Shown in pieces: positions 9,718 to 19,305 of a DNA stretch of 41,255 bases; within the stretch, counting starts at the first letter, position 1; the number at the start of each line of letters is the position of its first letter. This stretch comes from a virus. Taxonomy: Duplodnaviria > Caudoviricetes. The notes beneath the pieces are model-generated. The model searched no databases. It was not told the origin of the DNA and saw only the letters and a list, made by a program, of their open reading frames with translations. The position numbers were made by a program, and so were the translations under genes. The stretch spans positions 1-41,255 of the IMG/VR virus record IMGVR_UViG_3300030099_003815; one strand, 5' to 3'.

Positions 9718-11453
9718 TATGTACCTAACCTCACTCTCAGTGGCATGATTGGATTTAGTGCATTATTTTCCGTACCTAGTTTATTACTAGTATTACGGCC
9801 AACTGCATAGACCATGCCATTTTTAAGTCTAATAAAGCTACCAACCTGAGAGGTATAACCGTGATCTACCATCGCTACAGGTTCCCACAACTTGTCATAG
9901 CCCGGTTCTCGCGGGCGGTACATATCTGAATATGTAGGTCTGTCAGGTGATGTACCTGTGCCATCTTCGTCATAGCCTTCTTTAGCGCCTTCACAACCGA
10001 TTGGAAGATAGTATCGCTGCCAAGCATTTGCGTTTGTACTTGTTGATGCTGCACCATACCTACCGTAGTGACCACAGCCATACCAATAGCCGTCGTTACC
10101 AAGCATGTGACTAGTATGTCGGTGATTAGCACCATCATAAGCACCGCCAGTTGCAAGCACCACTGGACGCCACTTACCAAACTCAATATAACCACCAGTA
10201 TAGTTAGTACCAATTGCAGCATTACCACCAGCAGGTCCTGGGTTTATCCAGCCAAAAGCTCCCATGCAACTACGAGGGCCCGAGGCACTAGATGTATTGC
10301 CTACGCCTAACTGACCTTGGCCATTGTAACCTGTTGCATATAATCTATTATCATCACCCCACAACCACATCTCAGGGTACTCACCACCACACCAGATGTC
10401 AAGCCATTTAGTTACACCAGATGGTTTATTAACTAACGTAAAAGTATTTCTGTTAGAGTTAGTATTACCATGAAAGTAATGGCTGCCATATCCTGCTGTA
10501 TAAACGTCTCCATTTTTAAGCAGCACTGCAGTAGCGCCACCTCGTTGACTGCCAGGCATTTGTATTTTTACATAGTCACTAGTTGATAATCCTGATGGCA
10601 AGCCTGTGCATTGTCTAAATCTAGTTTGTTGTGTGGAATTACCAACGCCAAGTTTACCCCAGCTGTTTTGACCGCAAGCCCACAGTGTACCGTTTGTTCT
10701 AATCATTAGTACGGCTTTGTAGTCACCATGACCTGCAAAAAACTCATGGCAGTCACTGACAAGTGCTCCTGTATTATCAAGCATCTGTCGAGGATAGCTA
10801 TAGTTACTTGTATTATTTTGACCTAAGTTACCGTGGTTACCATAACCCCAAGCCCATAGTGTACCATCCTTAGCTTGTGCATACCAGCCAATTGATCCTG
10901 TTGGATACCCTCTGTTGCAGTCTGCTTTTACAATTTCTCTGTTAGCGACTCCTGACCTTGGTCCGATATCTGAACCGTCAATAACCTGTGCATAATCATA
11001 AGCAGATGTATTATTTCTAGCTAGTTGACCATGGCCATTATAGCCCCACATGGCAGCATCGCCTTTATCTGTCAAGACCATAAAAGTTTGATAGCCCATA
11101 ATAATTCTATTAGGCGTGCCTATTAAAGAAGCAGAATCAGCTGGGCCACTTCTTAGATGTACCTCTTTATAGTTATCAATGTCAGCTGCTGCACCGCCCT
11201 GTGCTAAGTTTCCGCTACTATTTATTCCAGTTATATACACACGACCGTCTGCAGATAGAAATGCCATATTATAGTATGAAATGTCACTAACATTAGATTT
11301 ACGCATACCGTTCATGGTCCAATTACTTTCTTCATTGGCCATTCTAATAATCCGTTGGTGAGGAGGTAGAGAGTACAACCCTGAGCCTCCACCTCCTCCC
11401 GAACCGGAAGCTAAAACTTTTTTAGGTAAATCTTGTTTAATGACATCATTCAT
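9717..11453 (-). CDS. RCC1/BLIP-II-like beta-propeller repeat protein (putative receptor-binding tail protein)
   Basis: Repeated G-x-[VL]-[YW]-x-[WTC]-G-x-N-x-x-G-[QNK]-L-G units (GYNGHGQLA, GYGNHGNLGQ, GQNSWGKLGVG, GYNGQGQLGVG). Confidence 0.8.
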   Translation of the reverse strand: MNDVIKQDLPKKVLASGSGGGGGSGLYSLPPHQRIIRMANEESNWTMNGMRKSNVSDISYYNMAFLSADGRVYITGINSSGNLAQGGAAADIDNYKEVHLRSGPADSASLIGTPNRIIMGYQTFMVLTDKGDAAMWGYNGHGQLARNNTSAYDYAQVIDGSDIGPRSGVANREIVKADCNRGYPTGSIGWYAQAKDGTLWAWGYGNHGNLGQNNTSNYSYPRQMLDNTGALVSDCHEFFAGHGDYKAVLMIRTNGTLWACGQNSWGKLGVGNSTQQTRFRQCTGLPSGLSTSDYVKIQMPGSQRGGATAVLLKNGDVYTAGYGSHYFHGNTNSNRNTFTLVNKPSGVTKWLDIWCGGEYPEMWLWGDDNRLYATGYNGQGQLGVGNTSSASGPRSCMGAFGWINPGPAGGNAAIGTNYTGGYIEFGKWRPVVLATGGAYDGANHRHTSHMLGNDGYWYGCGHYGRYGAASTSTNANAWQRYYLPIGCEGAKEGYDEDGTGTSPDRPTYSDMYRPREPGYDKLWEPVAMVDHGYTSQVGSFIRLKNGMVYAVGRNTSNKLGTENNALNPIMPLRVRLGT

Positions 11454-12466
11454 TAGTAAGCTCCGCTATAAATATTCACATATACTGAGCCTTGGTTTCC
11501 TGAAGTGTTACCAGCATTCCTTACGTACAATGGTCTATTTAAGATCATGTAACGATCCGAGTCTAGCTGCGGTGCATAAGTACTGCTAAGTCCACTAACT
11601 GTTGGGTTAGTAGCAAGTCCTGACTGTGCTGCAACAGGAATACTAAATAATGGCATCCAACGCCATATGTCTACATTTACACCAAGCTGCTGGGTAATCG
11701 TATTACCAGGAGTATTAGCTAGTGTAAGGACAAGGTTCGTGATACTTTGTACTCGATACTCACCCCTATTAGCTGCTGCTACAGAATCTGACAAGGCAAC
11801 TAGTAAATTAGTTTCTAGGCCCTGGATTGTAGAATCTGCATCCCAGTTTGTTGTTACTGTCTTAGTAAGTGTAAACGGATCAGAAGCCGGTGTACTACCT
11901 GGCACTAAGTTTACAGCTACTTGACTAGCAATACTTTCATAATAACCAAAGTCAAGTGTAATCTCATTACTAGGATCATCACTTGTCAATGAGATCTGGT
12001 GTATACGCTCGCCATTAGGACCAGGAGTTAAAACCTTAATAGCATTATTAACGCTATTTTGTTTTACCTCTGTCATCGTAGATCTGTAGTGCTCTACAAA
12101 AACTGGTGATTTATTAATCTCAGTACTTGGTGTGATAATTTGACCGCCCATTCCTGAGTGGTTACCACAGTAGTAATACAACATATTAATATTAGCTAAA
12201 ACTCTGATAACCACTTTGGCACCAGATGAACCAGCCGTACCTGTTACTACTACGTCATTAGTGTATCCCGCACCTGCACCTGCATGCGTTCCGTCGACGT
12301 TTAGTGAGAACATAAACGGGTGACCAGTATTAGAAGCATGCGATTGATCAAATGTGTAGATCCTGCCTTCTTCTAGATATAGGGTCGGTTGTTGTTCCCC
12401 ATTGATGAAGTAACGATTAGAGCCGCCGACCGACTTTACCGTTACTGTATATGTCTCGTAGCTCAT
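11453..12466 (-). CDS. Tail-associated protein with N-terminal cupredoxin-like domain
   Basis: PTLYLEEGRIYTFDQSHASNTGHPF...LYYYCGNHSGMGG; position in the tail-fibre block. Confidence 0.6.
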   Translation of the reverse strand: MSYETYTVTVKSVGGSNRYFINGEQQPTLYLEEGRIYTFDQSHASNTGHPFMFSLNVDGTHAGAGAGYTNDVVVTGTAGSSGAKVVIRVLANINMLYYYCGNHSGMGGQIITPSTEINKSPVFVEHYRSTMTEVKQNSVNNAIKVLTPGPNGERIHQISLTSDDPSNEITLDFGYYESIASQVAVNLVPGSTPASDPFTLTKTVTTNWDADSTIQGLETNLLVALSDSVAAANRGEYRVQSITNLVLTLANTPGNTITQQLGVNVDIWRWMPLFSIPVAAQSGLATNPTVSGLSSTYAPQLDSDRYMILNRPLYVRNAGNTSGNQGSVYVNIYSGAY

Positions 12467-12476
12467 GTTTTACCTC

Positions 12477-13268
12477 CTAGACAAAGTTACTGACCATTTG
12501 CACTTTCGATATTGCCGAAGCGGCGGAGTCAAGTGCAACGGTTCTAGTCTCATTGCCGCCTTCGTTATTAGTAGTCATCTTGATACCAGTGCCTTGTAAG
12601 ATCTTAGCCTCAACAAAGCTCGCCGTAGTATCGTTGGCACTAATTTTTAAATTACCTGGTGATAGTTGGTTCTGAATACTCTGAGCAGTCTGTGCTGCAG
12701 CTTGTGCGTCTGCAGCTGACTGTGCAGCGTTAGCAGCATTTGTTTGTGCTGAAGCAATGTCAGAAGCATTGGGACCTGCAATCAAACCATCGGCAGTACT
12801 ATTCCAAACAAGAGCTCTATTAGCTTCTGGTTCAGAAATCTCAATTGATGTAACAGTGGCTGATGTGATAGCAACTTTAAGAGATCTATCAATCTGCTCA
12901 CTAAGCATAGTAGCTATAAGAGTTAATTTATCTAGTGCACCTTCGTGCGTTTCAGCAGGAAACGGGTCACCCTCAACATAGTCAACCTGTTGAGTGATAG
13001 CAACCTTACGTACTATAATAATTCTGTGGGTACTTGGTAAGACTGTGTTTAATGCAATAGTGGCAAACTCTGTCGATGAGTTTAGCGTTGTCGTATAGTC
13101 ATACGTACCGCTGCCGCCCCTAACTTGTTTATTACCAGTATTAGTAGTCGTATCAAAAGTATATACCTCAAGATCGTCTACCAGGTCAACTGGTGCGTTA
13201 AAGAAAAAGGTATTGGTTGCTCCAGTACCTAGTTCTACAACTCGTTTTACCTCCGTTGCAATAGTCAT
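12477..13268 (-). CDS. Tail fibre (T7 gp17-like N-terminal anchor plus Ala-rich coiled coil)
   Basis: G.G.T..F.F...DLEVY...QQVDYVEGDPFPAETHEGALDKLTLI..L.E.. anchor motif. Confidence 0.8.
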   Translation of the reverse strand: MTIATEVKRVVELGTGATNTFFFNAPVDLVDDLEVYTFDTTTNTGNKQVRGGSGTYDYTTTLNSSTEFATIALNTVLPSTHRIIIVRKVAITQQVDYVEGDPFPAETHEGALDKLTLIATMLSEQIDRSLKVAITSATVTSIEISEPEANRALVWNSTADGLIAGPNASDIASAQTNAANAAQSAADAQAAAQTAQSIQNQLSPGNLKISANDTTASFVEAKILQGTGIKMTTNNEGGNETRTVALDSAASAISKVQMVSNFV

Positions 13269-15784
13269 TATCTCACTCCTTCGAACAGCCTATCACCGCC
13301 ACCGTAAGGTATAGCTCTCGATGGCGGCATGAAAAAGCGCTGATCATTTTCAGTCATTATACGCTGTTCTAGTCGAGAAAGATACCCCGGATTTACAAAT
13401 TCTTGTAACTGGTACAAAAATAGGTAATCTATGGCCATTCTCAAATAGAACACATTAATAAACGGGGTATTATCTTTTGCTAGTCTTATTAGATTAGCTG
13501 CTACATCTTCCCCGTTACGAGCTCTTGTCCAGAGCTCAGCTACAGCATCTATCTGTCCAAATGTAGGTCCTGCCAGAGTTGACAAGAAACTACGACCAAA
13601 TCTATTATATTCACCAAATAGGAAGTCGCCATATATACCTAGACCACCGCCCTGTACCATGGCAGCCAAAGCCGTTTGATAACTAAACTCTCTTGGTGAT
13701 CTGCCTTTTAGCATATCCTTAGCCATCATAGCGCCGTACCCGAATACAGTACTCATGACTAGTAGTTGAGTAATTCCTGTTATATCGGCTTTACCATCAG
13801 CCTGTCCATAAACTTCTCGTCCCAAGCCTCTACGCACAATTGTAACAGGAAACGATTTAAACTGCATAAGCAGTCTATACATCTCCCCTGTAGCTGTACC
13901 GGCTACAGATCCTTGGTTCATGATTGCTCGTTCTCGAGCACCAGGCATAGGAATACCATAATCAGCACGATCAATAAAGAATGAGTCTAGCATAGTCATT
14001 AGCTCATTTCTAGCATCGGCGACCGTTCTAGCATTAAATACAGACTTGCCTTTAGATTTCATGTAGCTCTTAACTACATCATCAGACATATCTTCTAGGC
14101 CCTCACTGACCATAAACATGCCTTGATTATTACCAGCGTCTTTTACGCCGTGCTGCCTGTATATGTCCCACTCAGCATCTTCAATACCATACTGCTTTAA
14201 AACATTCTGGAGCCTAGGTCCAAGCTGCTTGTAACTAAGATTAGCATTATCTGCTAAGTTAGCGCTCATCATCAATGACATACCAGTACGATGAGAATCG
14301 TTCCACCAGCTCATTAAGTTAATCTTAAAGAATTTTTGTTGTGCTTTTGCAAACATACCAGGAAGCTGATCATTAGCATGAAACCTACTTAAGAGGTCCC
14401 CTGTGACACCATCAAAGCCTACACCTAATGCTCTTGCTATCTGTCTTTGTTCCTTATTTCCTCGGCCGCGGAATAAATTCCTAAAGGCATTTGTATAACC
14501 TGACATTAGGCCTTTACCTTGATACCTTAATTCCGCTGCCTGATATGGTATATCAGTTATAGCCGAGATAGTAGCACCACCTAGTTTTGATACGTTTGCT
14601 AGTACCCTAGTAATAGCACCTACACGGGCTAGATTAGGAGCAGCAATCATACGGGCTGAGCCATCTAATTCTTGATACAGGTTTTTAATTTTTTGACTCT
14701 TAAACAAATCAGACTGTTTTACATTACCAGCCTTGACAGTACGGTCTCTATACTCAGCTACTAGATCATCGAGCATCGATTGTGGATTAGTACCTAGGTT
14801 TCTCATCAATGCAGTATTATGCGCATGCTGAGTCAAACCAGATACAATACCTTCTCTTAGATCACCTGTACCAACGGCTCGGTTATATTCCATAAATGAT
14901 GCTGCATCTTTAAAATGCAGTAGTCTTTCAGCGCTAGCTTTTTTACCTAAGTTAGCATAACCCTTAAATCCATTTAAGTGTTGCGCTGTATCTTCAGCTG
15001 CACCCGTGGCTCTTCGATGTATACCTGCTGCCAAGCCCCGATAGGCACCTTGCAAAAACTTTTTAGGATCAGCACCCTTAAAAGTCTTTTTGTCAAGCAA
15101 TGGCATGATAAAGTCAATCCACTCATCTTCACCCATTTTTCTTATTTTAATCATGTCGTGACTTTGACGCATGATATAGCCAGGATATGACTTAATGTAA
15201 GATCCCGCTAAATTAGAATTTTTAACGGCAAGCTCTTGAACGCTGTGTATAGCCTCTGCAATACGTCTAGCAGCAGCATTTTTAGTTACTCCAGGATTAC
15301 CTCCTGGCCTAAGTTCCCAGAGCTCTGCAGCTATATCATCATCATACTTTCCGCCTTTTTTAAACAAGCGAATATCGCCGTGCTCATTATCAAGCAGCTT
15401 AATTAATTTCCCAGTATATTTATTTGCTAGTGACTTGCCTTGTGTATCAATACTTAGCTTAGATTTATGACTAGCCTCAAGAGTACCGCCAAGCAACGAC
15501 ATAATTCCTTGATGAGGATTTTCAAAATTATCTAAAAAGTTACGGGCACGCGCTTTTGCCAAAGCATTAATAATCTTGTTACGTTTTTCTATTTTAGCAG
15601 CAAGTGTAGAGTCACTAAGTTTCTGCTGCAAGTGCTGCATTAGCTCTTGCTCTACGTTGTCTGCATTTTTTACGCCACTAATAAACTCATCGATCTCTGA
15701 CAGCATTTCCATTGCTGCATCATCATCGATAGTTCCGCTCTTATTAGCTTTCTTAATAACAGCGATACATTTTTGTATACTCAT
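13268..15784 (-). CDS. Internal virion (ejection) protein
   Basis: Large helical protein after tail tubular genes; GEMYRLLMQFKSFP and GGGLGIYGDFLF motifs; ATG 15784 overlaps the upstream stop (ATGA). Confidence 0.75.
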   Translation of the reverse strand: MSIQKCIAVIKKANKSGTIDDDAAMEMLSEIDEFISGVKNADNVEQELMQHLQQKLSDSTLAAKIEKRNKIINALAKARARNFLDNFENPHQGIMSLLGGTLEASHKSKLSIDTQGKSLANKYTGKLIKLLDNEHGDIRLFKKGGKYDDDIAAELWELRPGGNPGVTKNAAARRIAEAIHSVQELAVKNSNLAGSYIKSYPGYIMRQSHDMIKIRKMGEDEWIDFIMPLLDKKTFKGADPKKFLQGAYRGLAAGIHRRATGAAEDTAQHLNGFKGYANLGKKASAERLLHFKDAASFMEYNRAVGTGDLREGIVSGLTQHAHNTALMRNLGTNPQSMLDDLVAEYRDRTVKAGNVKQSDLFKSQKIKNLYQELDGSARMIAAPNLARVGAITRVLANVSKLGGATISAITDIPYQAAELRYQGKGLMSGYTNAFRNLFRGRGNKEQRQIARALGVGFDGVTGDLLSRFHANDQLPGMFAKAQQKFFKINLMSWWNDSHRTGMSLMMSANLADNANLSYKQLGPRLQNVLKQYGIEDAEWDIYRQHGVKDAGNNQGMFMVSEGLEDMSDDVVKSYMKSKGKSVFNARTVADARNELMTMLDSFFIDRADYGIPMPGARERAIMNQGSVAGTATGEMYRLLMQFKSFPVTIVRRGLGREVYGQADGKADITGITQLLVMSTVFGYGAMMAKDMLKGRSPREFSYQTALAAMVQGGGLGIYGDFLFGEYNRFGRSFLSTLAGPTFGQIDAVAELWTRARNGEDVAANLIRLAKDNTPFINVFYLRMAIDYLFLYQLQEFVNPGYLSRLEQRIMTENDQRFFMPPSRAIPYGGGDRLFEGVR

Positions 15785-18700
15785 GCTGCACCCCTCACAC
15801 ATACGGCGGCTGCTTTAGCGGCTTCATACAAGTCAGCCACTTGGTTTAAAGCATCATCGCCTTCTTTGTTTATATTGTCAAGCTCTTTTGTAACTGCTTT
15901 TATATACTGAGGTTTCATATTTGGTATCTCAGCATTTATCTGCTCTATCAAGTCATTTATAGCTTGTTCCTGTTCTGCCATATCTTTTGATACATTTGGT
16001 AGTAAAGTTTCCTTTGTCTGATTAGGATCTATCTGTAGATCTACATCATCAGGATCTATATCAGCGGTAGAATTAGATTTATTAGCCTGGTACTTTTTAG
16101 CAATCTGTATGGACTGCTGCAGCGGTACTTTAGCAGGTAACTTTTCTCCTGGCAACATTGCGTCTACTTCGATAAAACTACTTTGCTTTGTGTTAACTAC
16201 ACTTTTTACGACAAAGGTAGTATCATGAGGTAGAATTACTTCTGACTCACTTTTACCAAATGACCAATGTTTATTTTCACCAGCATATAAAGCTGGCATG
16301 CCTTTTTTAAGGTTAATTTTTAATTTAACATCGCTGCTGTTACCAAACGAAAATGCCTTACCTCTATATAATCCGGTAGATAAAAAGCCGCTTAGCTTAA
16401 ACTGACCGCCGACCATCATCTTAGCAGTACCAGCATCTGTTGCAGGATTACCTTTTAGATTTAGGCCATTGACTCCATTCAGAGCGGTATAAGGGGTACC
16501 CCCACGCCATACACTAATTTCTTGAGGTAATGTGTTCTTCTTAATAGCCGCATCTAGTATCCCCGTGTACTTGTTAAGAACCTCTTTTGTTTGTGCAGGT
16601 GTTGGATTATCAATCCCTATATATTTACCCACTACCTTTGCATAACCATTGGCATCGCTCTCTGACATTTTGCCACGCAGCCAGTCGTTCATCCACTTGT
16701 AACTACTACCTGTATAACTCTTAAGAACTTTACCTTCTTGTACTGTTAGCTTAGTCTCTTGTGCCTTGTTCATTTTAGTCAATGCTTTTTTAGCAGATGA
16801 CAAGCTGTTAGCTACAATAGTACCTTTTTTAGTTGATGTGGCTTGTTGAGTACGCAAAAATTCAGGGCTATACTCTGTCAAAGCCTGACGTCTATTTGTA
16901 ATTAGTGATTTTAGTTTAGCTGCATTATCAGGAGTAAAGTCTAAAATATCAATAATAGCATTTATTTCTGATTGATCTGTCTCAAAGATCCTTGCAGCAG
17001 CTGCCTGAGCCTTACTTAAAAATGCATCAGGCGTCATACCCGTGGCTTGAAATACCTTAAATGTAGTTGGGTTCTTCTTAGGATCAAGCATAGATTTTAT
17101 TTCATCTATAGCCATCTCATTAATTTTTTTGGTTCCGCCTTGAGCTCTAAAAATTAAGGCACCACCTGGATCTATACGTATCACGCTGCCATTTGGCATT
17201 TGCATAATGTTAAAATTAGGTGCATTACCGACAACGTCCCAGTTGCCCATAAACATATCAATAATTAAATCATCAGCAAATTTTTCTTTTACTTCAGGTG
17301 GCAGCTTAGCAAAATCGTCTGGCGTAATAACTTTAGCACCAGGAATTACTTTCGATGCAATTCCTACAATCTCGCCATTTGAGTTACCTACTAATTTAGG
17401 TTCAGGAAATGCAACACCAAACATTCTATAAAGTGTAGCAGCCAAAAACTCGTTCTTAGCTGAGTCTATATCTTTGGGATACTTGACATAAAACTGCTGA
17501 CCTGTAGCAGCATCAGTAAAGAAGCCACCTTTTTGTGTACCTGCTTGATCCCCTGTTTGTTGTAGGTTTGTGTCTAAAAGTTGTTCATCAAACTGTGGCG
17601 CTTTGTTATCAGTTAAAAATTCACCTTCATCAAACTTAGCCATTGCCTGATCAACGGCATTTTTACCAGCAGGCATAGCGTCAGAGAATGCAATAATCTT
17701 AGGATCACCAGAAAATAGCTTTACAGCATCGCCAGGTGAAGCAACCACAACGCTGTTCTGGTTCATCTTTGGATTAAATACGGCATTCTCTACATCAATA
17801 ATATGTGTGACTTCACCTTCATCAAATTTTAGGGAACCCTTATATTTAATATCAGAAGCAGCCATGTCTACGCCGTGCATTAGCATAGACATGTGAGCTT
17901 TTTCCCCAAGCTCCAGCGGATCACCCGCCTTGCTTCCTATTTGTTCTTGATCAAAAAGACGTAGCGGCCCTCCCTCTTCGCCACGAACAAGAATAAAATC
18001 CCCGTTTTGATTCTTAATACGAAACGCAATCTTATTAATAGCTCCTGCTTTAGTAGCCTCAGAAACAGCCTCTTGATATTCAGCACTATTTGCCAAAGCT
18101 GTTTTTAATTTAACGCCACTTAGCGGTGCAGCCTTTTCTCCTGCTCTAACTAAGTCTAGCGACTCTGTCGTATTAGAATGAGGTTTATATTCTGCTGTAG
18201 CACCCTTAACAACAGGAGCGTCAGAGTCACCTTGTACAACTCGTTGTACCGGAGAGTCAGGACCACTACCAGGAGCTGCCGGGGCATCAGGGTCGTTAGT
18301 AGGTGTCTTAACCTGTATATCTTCGCCGCCATGTACAATAGGACTAACTTCAACGCTATCACCGTTTACTGCCTGCCTAACAGCTGTATTAAATGCAGCA
18401 CCATGCCGTTTAGATCTTACATATTTAATGCCGTCTACTACGCTGCCGCCTACAACATGCAAACCACCACCTAGCACCGTACCAAAAGTAATATTCATAA
18501 ATGATTGAGCCAAACCGTAATTAGCTTGCTCTTGTGTGGCAGCACCATAAATCAAAGGCTCAACAGCAGTTGATCCATAAAAACCTGCCATACCGCCTGT
18601 AACTGCTCTTGTACCCATTTTGGATCCGGTAAGACCTAGAGCACTGACCACTTTAGCACCACCAAGGGGAGGAATGAAAAATAGAGGGATGCTAACGGGA

Positions 18701-19305
18701 TCAACTAGAGCCATGCCCAGCTCTAGGCCCATACCTTTCCAAAACTGCGCTCCGTAAGCATTGTCAAGAGCGAAGTTAAACTTTATTTCTTCTTCTTTTC
18801 TTTGTTTTAATACATAAGCCTCTAGATTAGAAATAGGCTCTGAAAACTTTAGCTGGCCATCTATGCCATATGTCTCATTGGCTTCATCTGGCTCTAATAT
18901 TCTTACATCGTCATTTTTATTAAAAAAGTCTGGATACTTTGACTTAATAGCATCTGTTGTAATACCAACATCTACTACGTTAGAGTTAGGACCAGGTGTA
19001 CCCTCATATGGATTTACACCCATAAGACCAGGTGTACCACCCATTGGCATTGGCTTATAGGAATCTGCATAAGCGCCGCTGTTTGCCCACTCATCGTAAG
19101 CAGTTCTTTCTTCTTCTGTAGCACCGGCAAAAGCTCTAATATTAGATATTTCACCTAGACGCTCTAGAGAGTTAAAACCAGTATAACGCCAGCCTCTGTC
19201 TTTTGCTTGCTCACTTACGGTATCGCCAGTAGAAGCCAATAAATCTAAACCCATGACATCTGAGAAGCCTGGGTTGTATGATTTGTTATATTTTATAAAA
19301 CTCAT
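15781..19305 (-). CDS. Internal virion protein with HipA/PI3K-like kinase and R-S-E ADP-ribosyltransferase domains
   Basis: Ejection-protein position and Gly-rich hydrophobic N-terminal part; kinase motifs QAGTQKGG, YVK, KNEFLA, NWDVVGN..NI, IDPGG (~16880-17570); ART motifs YT...Y..MN.WLR, VWRG, FLSTG, ESEVILP (~16150-16755). Confidence 0.85.
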   Translation of the reverse strand: MSFIKYNKSYNPGFSDVMGLDLLASTGDTVSEQAKDRGWRYTGFNSLERLGEISNIRAFAGATEEERTAYDEWANSGAYADSYKPMPMGGTPGLMGVNPYEGTPGPNSNVVDVGITTDAIKSKYPDFFNKNDDVRILEPDEANETYGIDGQLKFSEPISNLEAYVLKQRKEEEIKFNFALDNAYGAQFWKGMGLELGMALVDPVSIPLFFIPPLGGAKVVSALGLTGSKMGTRAVTGGMAGFYGSTAVEPLIYGAATQEQANYGLAQSFMNITFGTVLGGGLHVVGGSVVDGIKYVRSKRHGAAFNTAVRQAVNGDSVEVSPIVHGGEDIQVKTPTNDPDAPAAPGSGPDSPVQRVVQGDSDAPVVKGATAEYKPHSNTTESLDLVRAGEKAAPLSGVKLKTALANSAEYQEAVSEATKAGAINKIAFRIKNQNGDFILVRGEEGGPLRLFDQEQIGSKAGDPLELGEKAHMSMLMHGVDMAASDIKYKGSLKFDEGEVTHIIDVENAVFNPKMNQNSVVVASPGDAVKLFSGDPKIIAFSDAMPAGKNAVDQAMAKFDEGEFLTDNKAPQFDEQLLDTNLQQTGDQAGTQKGGFFTDAATGQQFYVKYPKDIDSAKNEFLAATLYRMFGVAFPEPKLVGNSNGEIVGIASKVIPGAKVITPDDFAKLPPEVKEKFADDLIIDMFMGNWDVVGNAPNFNIMQMPNGSVIRIDPGGALIFRAQGGTKKINEMAIDEIKSMLDPKKNPTTFKVFQATGMTPDAFLSKAQAAAARIFETDQSEINAIIDILDFTPDNAAKLKSLITNRRQALTEYSPEFLRTQQATSTKKGTIVANSLSSAKKALTKMNKAQETKLTVQEGKVLKSYTGSSYKWMNDWLRGKMSESDANGYAKVVGKYIGIDNPTPAQTKEVLNKYTGILDAAIKKNTLPQEISVWRGGTPYTALNGVNGLNLKGNPATDAGTAKMMVGGQFKLSGFLSTGLYRGKAFSFGNSSDVKLKINLKKGMPALYAGENKHWSFGKSESEVILPHDTTFVVKSVVNTKQSSFIEVDAMLPGEKLPAKVPLQQSIQIAKKYQANKSNSTADIDPDDVDLQIDPNQTKETLLPNVSKDMAEQEQAINDLIEQINAEIPNMKPQYIKAVTKELDNINKEGDDALNQVADLYEAAKAAAVCVRGAA

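Noticed and set aside
9717-13268. Diversity-generating retroelement or invertible tail-fibre cassette
   Set aside because: No reverse transcriptase, invertase or template/variable repeat pair was seen.
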